Virus record (IMG/VR): IMGVR_UViG_3300006217_000013 | Span: 33,555-97,554 of that record | Direction: 5' to 3' (one strand) | Length of the DNA: 64,000 nucleotides | Source of the DNA: a virus | Lineage: Duplodnaviria; Caudoviricetes | In this document: positions 51,883 through 61,668 of the stretch, in pieces | Numbering within the stretch: position 1 is the stretch's first letter | Layout: the number at the start of each line of letters is the position of its first letter | Translations under genes and position numbers: made by a program | The notes under the pieces: model-generated | What the model saw: the letters and a program-made list of their open reading frames with translations, nothing else | Told to the model about the DNA's origin: nothing | The model's database searches: none

Positions 51883-51903
51883 AATATCACCTCCAGACTT
51901 TTT

Positions 51904-51975
51904 AGCACGCATTTATTATATTTTACAGCACGCAAAAAGTCAATAGGCTGGATGGATTTGTAATGAAATTGTAAT
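51904..51975 (-). promoter_or_regulatory. promoter of RHH module 3
   Basis: TTGACT and TATAAT hexamers; TGCGTGCT repeats at 51904-11 and 51927-34; box TGTAAT-GAAAT-TGTAAT at 51959-75. Confidence 0.65.
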
Positions 51976-52047
51976 ATAAAGATTTGACTTATCTGTTCTT
52001 TTGTGATAAAATGTCATATAATAACATATGATTAAGCAGGTATCACA

Positions 52048-52654
52048 ATGGGAACAATAACTTTATATGGATATCATGTAACTGATACTAAAAATTGTGA
52101 AAACATTTTAAATAACGATTTTACTTATGAAGAGAACTTAAAACATTATTTAGGTCAAGGTGCCTATTTCTTTTCTGAATTAAATACTGCAAAACTAAAT
52201 ATGTCGAATAATAATATTAGTTATGGAGTTACAAAAAGTAAGTCTATTTTAAAATGTTGTATAATAACATGCGCCAATAATTTTCTTGATTTGGATAACT
52301 CATTAAATAATACCAAATTCAGAATATTTTGGAATATGACATATAATCAATTAAAAGCTAATAATATTCAATTAGTTTTTGAAGATGAAAAAGATTTTAC
52401 AGCAAATAAACATCTATATTATAAATGTTATATGATTGACTTATATGATTGACTTATATGCAGAAAAATATAAATATAAAGTAATAACCAAAACATTTTC
52501 TATAGATGTGCCATCATATGGCGAATCAATAGAAAATATTAAATTTTCTGGACTACCTTATATTGAAAAATACATATGTGTAAAAGATATATGTTGTATT
52601 AAAAAGAAAGAGGTTATTTATTCTAACAACAGAGAGGATGTGTTATTTATATGA
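52048..52654 (+). pseudogene. ADP-ribosyltransferase-fold toxin (CmdT-like), frameshifted by a 13-bp tandem duplication
   Basis: GYHVT, YLGQGAYFF and EKYICVKD motifs; TTATATGATTGAC duplicated at 52428-40 and 52441-53. Confidence 0.7.
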
Positions 52655-52886
52655 ACAAGGATTTTGTAGAATTAATGAAAACGGTAGCAAAATCTTATGG
52701 AGCAACAATTATTGAAGCAGAATCTAAAGGAGGCGTATTCTATAAAAACTCAAATGGTGAACTAATTGAACTAACCCCAGTCGAGCATTCTTTGATTGTG
52801 AATGATTTTTTACACCAGTTAATCTAAATTTAGATATGAATGACAATGATTATCCATTAGATTCTTTAAGAAACTTGGCGGCTTAG
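52651..52886 (+). pseudogene. putative antitoxin with chaperone-addiction-like tail, frameshifted
   Basis: MNKDFVELMK...VNDF; adding one T to T6 at 52806-11 extends it to ...NDNDYPLDSLRNLAA*. Confidence 0.55.
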
Positions 52887-52917
52887 TTCTGTAATTAAAC
52901 TTTAGGAAGTGATATAT

Positions 52918-53316
52918 ATGGAAATTAAAGAAGATAATATTAGCGTTCTAAAACTAAAAAACATATATGTGGACAATTTTGATTTTAAGCGTAAATCATT
53001 GTCATTAAAAGAAACAACTCCGTCTATATCCTTGTCAAAATCAATAGACGCTGTTGGATATGATTATGCCGTTACTCTAAGCATATCTATTACTGTGAAA
53101 GATATCTATACATTAAATTTGTCTATGGTTGGGATATTTAATATTGATGATACTGAACTTTCCAAAAGTTCACTTTTAGAGAAAAACGCAGTAGCCATCC
53201 TATTCCCATATCTGAGAAGTCAAATAACTTTATTAACTTCTCAACCTGCAATGTCACCAATTATACTTCCTACTATTAATATTAATACATTATTTGAGCA
53301 TAATAATGATCATTAA
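52918..53316 (+). CDS. SecB-like chaperone
   Basis: NAVAILFPYLRSQITLLT.......ILPTINI signature. Confidence 0.85.
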   Translation: MEIKEDNISVLKLKNIYVDNFDFKRKSLSLKETTPSISLSKSIDAVGYDYAVTLSISITVKDIYTLNLSMVGIFNIDDTELSKSSLLEKNAVAILFPYLRSQITLLTSQPAMSPIILPTININTLFEHNNDH

Positions 53317-53383
53317 ACTATATCTTTTTATAGAAAAACAAATTAATAAAAATCCAATGCATTTTAACACGTCAATTTATTTA

Positions 53384-53411
53384 AGAACCGTCATGAAGAT
53401 GGTTCTTTTTT
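53384..53411 (+). terminator. intrinsic terminator
   Basis: AAGAACCGTC/GATGGTTCTT followed by a T run. Confidence 0.6.
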
Positions 53412-53455
53412 GTTTATAATAATTAAATTTACTAAGAAAGTTGGTGATAAATAAT

Positions 53456-56400
53456 ATGTTATATAAACCAAGCAATCCTTCCCCTTATAATTCGGTTATT
53501 GAAGTAGATGATAACTTACGATTTACTGCCTCATGTACCAGTACAAGCGATGTTACGGGACTACGACTTTCAATTAAAGACAACACCTGCGACATATATC
53601 TTCCAATATCGTCAGTGTATGCAAATTCATGTCTTTCTCAGGCAGGTATAAGTATTCCCAGAGCAGGGCAGATTTTAGATGCAACGCTCAATTACAACAC
53701 TAGCTACAAAATACAGACAAGCGATTTTACACGCACTAACGGGCTTACAGATGTTACTTCCATAACAGACATCATTAAACCATTCAATGACTACCGCTGG
53801 CAGATACGCTTATATCAAAACATTCCGACTATGAATATCGGATACGGCTTTGTTCAGCAGGTAATCCCTACATATACTAACGCGGGAGTCAAACAAAACA
53901 GATATATTTTAAAGGCACGTCCCCATACAAATATGTTTTGGAAACCGTCAAGTAGTGACAGCAACAATAACAGCACCTACAATACAGGAGTGTCCAAGCA
54001 ATTCACTGAATATTATGATGATAAAGTAAAATACAAAATACAAATTAGCGGCAAGGAATACGAAATCAAAGAATATTACTATGCAAAAACTAAGGCGTAT
54101 TATAATTCATCAGGAAGTTTGCAGAATATTAATCTACAGAAACAGTACGAGGAACCTTTATATGCCTATATTGAAATAGACTTAGAAGAAAGTACTACAA
54201 TCAGCGTAGGTGACCAATATACTATTCTTACAAACTATCTTGACAGCAATGAATATTTTTTTGAATGTCGTCAATTGAGCAATGTAGAATTCAAGGACAG
54301 AAACAATAAAGTAATTGACACATTTGTTGATATCGCATCGTTAGACACTCAAGATGATGAAAACACATATAAGCCTGCGTTTTCTAATGTTCAAATTAAA
54401 GGCTCGTTCCCTAAAGATTCTGCATCATCTATAAATTTTTATCGTGTATGCTTGTATAGAGTAATATCTAGCAGCGAAGATATGCAGATTGCAGACAACG
54501 GATACGTAACTGGTTCTGAAATAGACTATAATTGTCGTGATTTACTTGACGGCTATTTATACAAATTGATTGTTACTATTACTGACACATACGGCAGCAC
54601 TACATCAAAGGGCACCTATATTCTCCCTTCATACGGCAGTATTATTAAGCCTAAAATCCTATCAGTGAAACCGTATCCAGAACACAACAGTATTATTTTA
54701 GACTTCAGCAATTTTATGTCTATGACAGGCGTTGAAAGCAATCCTTATGATGGAAGTTATACAATTAGCCCTATTAAAGCAGATTGGAATGGAGATTTAT
54801 CAAAATATACAAATGTTAAAGAGGAGCAAATTGCTCTTTTTGATGAAACTTCAAGCGTGAACATTAATGCCTGCTACATTGCTGACGACAATAGCGTATC
54901 TTTTTCCAAAATCGATGGAACTAACACTCGAATGGAATGTCAAAGACCGCTTATAAGCATGGTATTCAGGTGCAACAGCGGCGATACACAGACAATATTC
55001 TCAGTTAAAGCAGGCGATGCCGAGTATAAAGTAAGATGGGAGAAGGACATGTTTTGTTTTGAAGCATATGATCTTATTTCCTATACTCGTCCAACAATCA
55101 GTTATGATGAAAACGGCAACCCTGTTATGAGTACAATTACAACGACTCAAAGGGAACGTGTCTGTCAAGGTTTCTATACTCCTTATAAAGAGACAGGATC
55201 CGAATATACTCATAACGCAATGACAAATACAGATAAGGATTATTCCACTGCTTATTTAGCATATGAAAATATGCCTATGGGAGCTGACAGCAACGACACT
55301 GATGGCAGCAATATTTATATGCATACAGAAAGCGCTGCTCATGATTTCTGGTGGCATACTATGATTTACCCAAATTCATGGGAAATATGTTGCATAAATG
55401 CTCCCGAGAACCATCTATGGGCTTTTGGAAATGTTTCTTCAGGAACTTTTTCTTACTATGCGAATATGCCGAGAAAGGGCGGAGAAACAATTTTGACTTT
55501 ATTTGGAGGATGCGCATATACCAATATTCTTATTGACGAATACAACTCTGACAGCAGTTCTCAAAACCTCTCAAAATTAAGAGAAAATCCATTACGTGAT
55601 TTAATTTGGAATGACAATACTGTTTTTCAAGCAAATTTTGCAGGAGGAAAACTTGTAGGAGGTAACTTTGACGGCGGCTTTGCCGTAGACCAATATAACA
55701 ATGTTGACCATTACCGCATTTATAAGACATTTGGAAACCAACCTGAACTCCATAAAGTATTTGAAACTAATTCTGTTTATGAGACTATAATTGAAGATTT
55801 TACCATTGGTTCAGAATGCGAATACACTTATTATATAGTGCCTGTCTGTAAAGATAAAGACGGAGCCGAAACATCAGGTTCTATTATTAAAAGTGATCCT
55901 ATCACACTTCATAATGGCATCGTCAGGGTTATTGGTCTTATTCAGGATAATACCGAACTTGATACTTATTATGTTGATATGAATAACATATGGGACTTTT
56001 CACTGAATATCAGCAATACAGGTTTCGCAAATAATATGGCAAAAACATACAACGATACTCCACAACGGTTTCCTGTTGAAATAAAAAACAAAGGGTTCTA
56101 CCGCACATTTAATATAAACGGATTACTTGGCAGATATGATTGTACTTCCAATTCATATATTGATACCTATGATGACATTATAGAATGGGAGCGTTTTGTT
56201 GATAACGGCGAAATGAAACTTGTGATTGATCTAAGAGGAATTATGACTGTCGGCACAATGGAAAGTAATGGCGTAGACTACGACGAATATGGAGCGCAGA
56301 CAATATCCGCCAATTTCTCCATTAAACAGTTAGAGGACGTCAATAACATAACAATACTCAACCGTAGTTTATTATTCAATCCTTTTGATAAGAAGTTATT

Positions 56401-56479
56401 GCTTAAAGAAAATAATGAATTAGCTTTACAAGATAATGAAGATCAATATCTTATTGTAGAAGGAGATGTATTAATATGA
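53456..56479 (+). CDS. large baseplate/distal tail protein
   Basis: Synteny after TMP; MLYKPSNPSP start; beta-rich. Confidence 0.6.
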   Translation: MLYKPSNPSPYNSVIEVDDNLRFTASCTSTSDVTGLRLSIKDNTCDIYLPISSVYANSCLSQAGISIPRAGQILDATLNYNTSYKIQTSDFTRTNGLTDVTSITDIIKPFNDYRWQIRLYQNIPTMNIGYGFVQQVIPTYTNAGVKQNRYILKARPHTNMFWKPSSSDSNNNSTYNTGVSKQFTEYYDDKVKYKIQISGKEYEIKEYYYAKTKAYYNSSGSLQNINLQKQYEEPLYAYIEIDLEESTTISVGDQYTILTNYLDSNEYFFECRQLSNVEFKDRNNKVIDTFVDIASLDTQDDENTYKPAFSNVQIKGSFPKDSASSINFYRVCLYRVISSSEDMQIADNGYVTGSEIDYNCRDLLDGYLYKLIVTITDTYGSTTSKGTYILPSYGSIIKPKILSVKPYPEHNSIILDFSNFMSMTGVESNPYDGSYTISPIKADWNGDLSKYTNVKEEQIALFDETSSVNINACYIADDNSVSFSKIDGTNTRMECQRPLISMVFRCNSGDTQTIFSVKAGDAEYKVRWEKDMFCFEAYDLISYTRPTISYDENGNPVMSTITTTQRERVCQGFYTPYKETGSEYTHNAMTNTDKDYSTAYLAYENMPMGADSNDTDGSNIYMHTESAAHDFWWHTMIYPNSWEICCINAPENHLWAFGNVSSGTFSYYANMPRKGGETILTLFGGCAYTNILIDEYNSDSSSQNLSKLRENPLRDLIWNDNTVFQANFAGGKLVGGNFDGGFAVDQYNNVDHYRIYKTFGNQPELHKVFETNSVYETIIEDFTIGSECEYTYYIVPVCKDKDGAETSGSIIKSDPITLHNGIVRVIGLIQDNTELDTYYVDMNNIWDFSLNISNTGFANNMAKTYNDTPQRFPVEIKNKGFYRTFNINGLLGRYDCTSNSYIDTYDDIIEWERFVDNGEMKLVIDLRGIMTVGTMESNGVDYDEYGAQTISANFSIKQLEDVNNITILNRSLLFNPFDKKLLLKENNELALQDNEDQYLIVEGDVLI

Positions 56480-57690
56480 GTGTTAATGATTTATCTCCAA
56501 TCTATGAGGAGACTATTGCCGAGATGAACTTTGATGACGCGCATTTTGATTTGAACAAACTCCAAAAAATATTTGATGGACATATAATCAAACCTGTTTT
56601 TAGAGTGTTTTTATTGAACGAAAATGAAACGATAAAGAAAGATATTACTCAGGATGTTACAAGTTATGACTTATCCATTACATATCAGGCTGGACAGCGA
56701 CGCAGCCTAAATATTACAATGGCAAATAAAAACAATAAATGGTACCCTCAGTTTAATACCGGTTTAGTTGAAATCGGAAGTAAATTAAGGTTAGATTTAG
56801 GTTTTATTTTTAACAACACCACATACTGGAAACAAATGGGGATATTTTTATTAAAAGACCCAAATATGACAAGAAATAGTTCTAATCAGACTATTTCTTT
56901 TTCATTATGCGATAAATTTGGATTATTTGATGGTACATTGTCAGGCAAGACAGGCTTAAAAGATATTATTCCCGTTGGCGTTCCGATGTATCAGGCATTT
57001 GTAACCATTATAACCACAGACCGAGGTAACGGTATTCCGTTTGATATGAAACCTATACGTTTTAATGGCAAATATAGAAATCAAAATACATATTACACAA
57101 TTAAACAAGAAGCAGGAAACACACTAAGCACTATTTTAGTTGACATGGCGGCCACAATTTCCAGTGATGTTTATTACAACGAATACGGTAATATGTGCGT
57201 AGAATCAAATGTTGATGAATTTCTCAATGGAAACCTGCCTTTGGTATGGCATTTCACAGACGATATGAGGGACAGAATAGATTACTCTTTATCTGAATCA
57301 TCAAGTAACATACGAAATTCTGTTTTAGTAAAAGGCAATATAGTAAATGGATATCAATTCACTGGTACTGCAAAAAACACCAACCCCCTATCCCCTACCT
57401 GTATTCAGTATAGAGGTGAATTATTTAATGTTATATCTGATCAAGCACTATATTCAGATGAATTATGCCGTGATCGAGCACAATATGAGCTACTTGCTCA
57501 TACACGAGGTACATCTACTTTAAACATATCGTGCCCCTTTTTGCCTATTTTTGATGTTAATCAATCCGTTCTATGCGATTTTATTTCAGATAATATCAAA
57601 AACACTATATATTCTATTGACTCCTTGTCCTTTAATTCAATCGGGACAATGTCAATGACACTAAGCAATATAAATGAGGTGATATTTTAA
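56476..57690 (+). CDS. baseplate hub-like tail protein
   Basis: Synteny; GQRRSL, MGIFLL and C..RAQYEL patterns. Confidence 0.6.
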   Translation: MSVNDLSPIYEETIAEMNFDDAHFDLNKLQKIFDGHIIKPVFRVFLLNENETIKKDITQDVTSYDLSITYQAGQRRSLNITMANKNNKWYPQFNTGLVEIGSKLRLDLGFIFNNTTYWKQMGIFLLKDPNMTRNSSNQTISFSLCDKFGLFDGTLSGKTGLKDIIPVGVPMYQAFVTIITTDRGNGIPFDMKPIRFNGKYRNQNTYYTIKQEAGNTLSTILVDMAATISSDVYYNEYGNMCVESNVDEFLNGNLPLVWHFTDDMRDRIDYSLSESSSNIRNSVLVKGNIVNGYQFTGTAKNTNPLSPTCIQYRGELFNVISDQALYSDELCRDRAQYELLAHTRGTSTLNISCPFLPIFDVNQSVLCDFISDNIKNTIYSIDSLSFNSIGTMSMTLSNINEVIF

Positions 57691-58010
57691 TGTATATAAA
57701 CAATGAGACGGCAGATGGATTGGTCTCTTTAATACGCAAAATAGTAAGGGAGGAAATATTAAAGGCACAGAAAAACAGCAATATTGATGTAGAAACATTT
57801 CGCCATTGTATCGTAACAAAGGTTTCTACTGTAACAAACAATAATATTCCCATCGTTGTGTCAGCAGATGTCAAGGATTTAGGCACCGGCGAAACAATCA
57901 AATCAGTTCCAAACAAAAGCGGAGAAACACTTGCCGTAGACGATACAGTGCGTATATATGAAAGCGGCGGCAGTTACAACAATTGCTATATTGGATTAAA
58001 GTGTTCATAA
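57690..58010 (+). CDS. small tail tip/spike-like protein
   Basis: NKSGETLAVDDTV pattern; translationally coupled. Confidence 0.45.
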   Translation: MYINNETADGLVSLIRKIVREEILKAQKNSNIDVETFRHCIVTKVSTVTNNNIPIVVSADVKDLGTGETIKSVPNKSGETLAVDDTVRIYESGGSYNNCYIGLKCS

Positions 58011-58019
58011 GAAAGGAAA

Positions 58020-58637
58020 ATGTACATGGCATTAAGCAGTTTAAATACAAAAAATTACGAGCACAGCGCTGACAACGCCACAAATTTAATATCATCAATA
58101 AGCGTTGATGATATAGATACACAGTCCCCTCTTCGGGTTGGCTATGAGTATACAATAAAGAATGTGTTCAGCGGGCTTAATAAGATTATCAAGGCGATTT
58201 TAAACAGATTTAAAGAAATAGACAAAGATACAGAGGGGGTTAGTGGTTCGTTTGCGATACCTGAGCATTCAAGCAGCACGGACACTAGTTGGGATATATC
58301 CAAAGAATATACAATCACTAACTTAAAAAGGAAGTATACACGAGGTTATTTTGCCTTCTTTTGCAGAGATACAAATGATAACGATATAAATGCTTTTGGA
58401 ACACCGTCATTATGGGTGGAAAATATGGGCAAAGTAGCCTTTTTGAGTCCAACTCTATCCACAGCAGACAGTAGCTACCGTACTGAACCTTTTTTTGTTT
58501 CTACGAGTGGTAATTATTATATAAAGCTTACAAATTTTGAAGTAAAGAGAGTGGATAACGATATAAAAATAAACATAAACATCCACGGCGCCCGAAGTTC
58601 TTTTTCAGGCTATGAACTTCGATATTATTTATTTTAA
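58020..58637 (+). CDS. hypothetical tail-associated protein
   Basis: ORF track; synteny. Confidence 0.55.
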   Translation: MYMALSSLNTKNYEHSADNATNLISSISVDDIDTQSPLRVGYEYTIKNVFSGLNKIIKAILNRFKEIDKDTEGVSGSFAIPEHSSSTDTSWDISKEYTITNLKRKYTRGYFAFFCRDTNDNDINAFGTPSLWVENMGKVAFLSPTLSTADSSYRTEPFFVSTSGNYYIKLTNFEVKRVDNDIKININIHGARSSFSGYELRYYLF

Positions 58638-58652
58638 GAAGGCGGTGATATA

Positions 58653-60767
58653 ATGGCAAAAACAAACACAAGCATTAAAGGCTATAACCTACAAGAAAGC
58701 GGAGACGAAGTTGAAAAAATATTGCAGTCTGTTAAAGATAAGCTTGATATACAGCAACTCAACGAACACGTTAGGAAGCCTGTTATTGATCACCCCAATG
58801 GCAGTGTAACAAAAGACAAAATTGCGAATGGAGCAATAACGGGTAATAAAATTGCAAATGGAACAATAACAGGCAATAAAATTGCGGACAAAGCTGTCGG
58901 ACAGGGACAGATAGCGGATTATGCAGTCGGACAGACACAGTTGGCGCAATATTCCGTATCGTCAGCTAAAATATATCCCACAGCGGTACAGACTGCACAT
59001 ATTAAGGACGGCAATGTGACGCGAGAGAAGCTGTCAGAGGATATAATAACTGAGATGGATAAAATAACTCCCACTCAGCAGAAACTCAATGAAGAAATAG
59101 CCAAACTACAGGAAACGGACGCAATGCTTAATGAGTTGTCTGACAAGGTGGACACATTAGAAGACACATCAGCTGCCCAAAAAGATTTGTATGGTGACGC
59201 GGTGGAGCAGACGGCAAGTCTTGAAATTGTGATAATGCCCGAAGAATTATCACAACATATTACCAGAGTGACAACTAATTATTTGGAAACAGATATATTA
59301 GAGGTGTTGGGTGATATTCTTTTTGATATAGATGATCATAGTGTGTTTAACACCGCTAATACCCTTGATCTGAAAAGCTGGAATATCAATAGTAAATTTA
59401 AAATATATGAAACACCTGATTACCAGCCGATAGCAATTTGTTTCGACATAGACAAAAAAAAGGTATGGGTAGAGAAGACGGATGATAGCAGTTATGATAA
59501 CGGTGTTTTTAAATTTGATATAGCATCTATAGAGCACCCTCAATTCACTAAAAACAGCGATGGAAGATATACTGTTGATTATTCTTATTTATTTATAAAT
59601 AGCGCAGCAGGACATACAAAAACAACTATGACATTTAACGATATCCGCAGTCGGTGGCAGATCGAAATGGGAAGTAACTTCCTTGACGCAGTGAACAACA
59701 ACACGGCACGGCTGGACAGCAAGGTTGACAAGGTATCAGGTAAAGGCTTATCTACAAATGATTACACCAGTGCGGATAAGGCGAAATTGGATAGGTCTCC
59801 GGTGTGGAATCAGAATGAAGATTACCCCAACGAATATGATACAGATGCTGATATATATATTAAAACATTGCAAGTTGACCCACGTAACATGGTTTTTGCG
59901 TCACATGGTTTTTTTAGCTTATATGAAGTTACCGAAGCATTAGACACCAAAAAACGCTTTGCAACATTGGTAGTAGGCACGTCAGAGTCAGGACATTCCG
60001 CGGCAGATGTAGACTACTTGTGTGACGGCACAGATGATCAGGAGCAGATTAACGCAGCCATTGCGGCTCTGCCGTCAGACGGAGGTAAAATTATACTGCG
60101 GGAGGGTACGTATAATATCAGTGACAGAATTGTCATAAATAAACCTAATGTTACAATTGAGGGTATGGGGATTGGAGCAACAACAATTATGCGTTCATCT
60201 CAAGGAGGAGCGATAGATATAAATGCCGCGCACGGAAAAATATGCAGTATTAGTATAAAAGGAAATGATAAAGCCAATTGGTCAGGCGGAATATATGCAT
60301 CAGGCAGTCATAATATTGTTTGTGATATTGAGGTGAGCGGATTTATGTATGGAGTCAACACAACGAATATTTTTTCTGCACTATGTACGGTATTGCATAA
60401 TATATATGCTCATGATAATAAATACGGACTGCATGTTGGTACTAAAGAAGTAATTGTAAGTAATTGCCATCTTGCAAATAATGAAAGAGGAATCAACATA
60501 GAAGGCAGCAATAATATTTTTCATGATAATATATGTATGAATAATGATTCCGGAATTTATATTGATGGCAAGGATTATAATCAGATTTCAGGCTGCTATG
60601 TAATGCGCGGCAGCGGAGAAGCTTCTTCTTATGCGTCATCACAATATACGATTTATATTGCAGGGGGTTCGACGTATAATGATATATCTGATAATTATAT
60701 ACTGGGAAAGAATTACATAAATAACGGAGGTAGTACAAATACCTTTACAAACAACAGGTATCAATAA
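58653..60767 (+). CDS. tail fibre/spike with N-terminal 10-aa repeats and C-terminal right-handed beta-helix
   Basis: KIANGAITGN repeats; KVDKVSGKGLSTNDYT; DGTDDQEQINAAI..GGKI.L.EGTY; N/G-rich repeats. Confidence 0.8.
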   Translation: MAKTNTSIKGYNLQESGDEVEKILQSVKDKLDIQQLNEHVRKPVIDHPNGSVTKDKIANGAITGNKIANGTITGNKIADKAVGQGQIADYAVGQTQLAQYSVSSAKIYPTAVQTAHIKDGNVTREKLSEDIITEMDKITPTQQKLNEEIAKLQETDAMLNELSDKVDTLEDTSAAQKDLYGDAVEQTASLEIVIMPEELSQHITRVTTNYLETDILEVLGDILFDIDDHSVFNTANTLDLKSWNINSKFKIYETPDYQPIAICFDIDKKKVWVEKTDDSSYDNGVFKFDIASIEHPQFTKNSDGRYTVDYSYLFINSAAGHTKTTMTFNDIRSRWQIEMGSNFLDAVNNNTARLDSKVDKVSGKGLSTNDYTSADKAKLDRSPVWNQNEDYPNEYDTDADIYIKTLQVDPRNMVFASHGFFSLYEVTEALDTKKRFATLVVGTSESGHSAADVDYLCDGTDDQEQINAAIAALPSDGGKIILREGTYNISDRIVINKPNVTIEGMGIGATTIMRSSQGGAIDINAAHGKICSISIKGNDKANWSGGIYASGSHNIVCDIEVSGFMYGVNTTNIFSALCTVLHNIYAHDNKYGLHVGTKEVIVSNCHLANNERGINIEGSNNIFHDNICMNNDSGIYIDGKDYNQISGCYVMRGSGEASSYASSQYTIYIAGGSTYNDISDNYILGKNYINNGGSTNTFTNNRYQ

Positions 60768-60779
60768 GGCGGTGATGAT

Positions 60780-61133
60780 ATGAAATACAGATTTTACGGA
60801 GACGAATTACAGCTTGTAAAATACGAGCTGACAGTGCAGCGTGATTATGACGGGGAGCAGCGTACAGACATATTCACAGCAGCAACGGAAGCGGAGAAGG
60901 ACGGACTTTTGGCGAGATATCCTGGCGCGGCAGTCACGGAGATTGACAACACAGGGTATGAGTGGCTCAACGGTATGGTATTCACACAGGAGCAGATCAG
61001 GAACGGAGAAGTTGACAAAGCTGTCGCAATGGGACAGGAGGCCTATACCGCGAGCGCTATGTCACAGGACGAGATAAACGCTATGCTCATGCTCGAGATA
61101 GCGGAACTGAAAGCGGGTGTTAATAATGAATAA
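60780..61133 (+). CDS. tail fibre-associated protein (XkdW-like position)
   Basis: Synteny; QDEINAMLMLEIAELK tail. Confidence 0.55.
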   Translation: MKYRFYGDELQLVKYELTVQRDYDGEQRTDIFTAATEAEKDGLLARYPGAAVTEIDNTGYEWLNGMVFTQEQIRNGEVDKAVAMGQEAYTASAMSQDEINAMLMLEIAELKAGVNNE

Positions 61134-61248
61134 GGTTTTGATAAAAAAATATTATCAGCTCGGCATATATAAAGACGAGCACCTTGACGTATTTGTCAGA
61201 GCAGGATATATAACAGAAAAGGAAATGAAAGCGATACAGGAGGGATAA
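61126..61248 (+). CDS. XkdX-family small protein (40 aa; missing from ORF track)
   Basis: IKKYYQLGIY....LDVFVRAGYITEKE...I. Confidence 0.75.
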   Translation: MNKVLIKKYYQLGIYKDEHLDVFVRAGYITEKEMKAIQEG

Positions 61249-61556
61249 TGATACTCAACAACAAACATAACATTGAATTCAGCAAATTAATCATGGTGGG
61301 CGTAATGCTCACCTATTTTATTGCTCTCATTTTTATAATGATCGTCATATGGAGGATGTTAGGTGAAAACAATATGTATATTGGCACTGTTATAACATCG
61401 TTCTGCACATTCGTAAGTGCCCCTATAAGTGTAGCTATCGGATTCTACTCTTGGAAAGCCAAAAATGAAAATGTATCTAAAATTGAAAGTTCAATAACCA
61501 GCCAGCAAATCTCTAATAATAGCTATGTGCCAATTAACGGAAACAACAGAGATTAA
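61248..61556 (+). CDS. putative holin (2 TM helices)
   Basis: EFSKLI..GFYSWKAKNEN; upstream of endolysin. Confidence 0.6.
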   Translation: MILNNKHNIEFSKLIMVGVMLTYFIALIFIMIVIWRMLGENNMYIGTVITSFCTFVSAPISVAIGFYSWKAKNENVSKIESSITSQQISNNSYVPINGNNRD

Positions 61557-61668
61557 TACAAATGAATAAAATCATAGTTTTAAAAGAAAATAATGCTTCA
61601 AAAATGGCTTATCCATGTAATTTTTAGAAGTGATTTTTTATTAATTTTTTAGAAAGGAGCTGATTTTA

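Noticed and set aside
58653-60767. Diversity-generating retroelement target in the tail fibre
   Set aside because: No RT gene or template/variable repeat pair is visible in the window.
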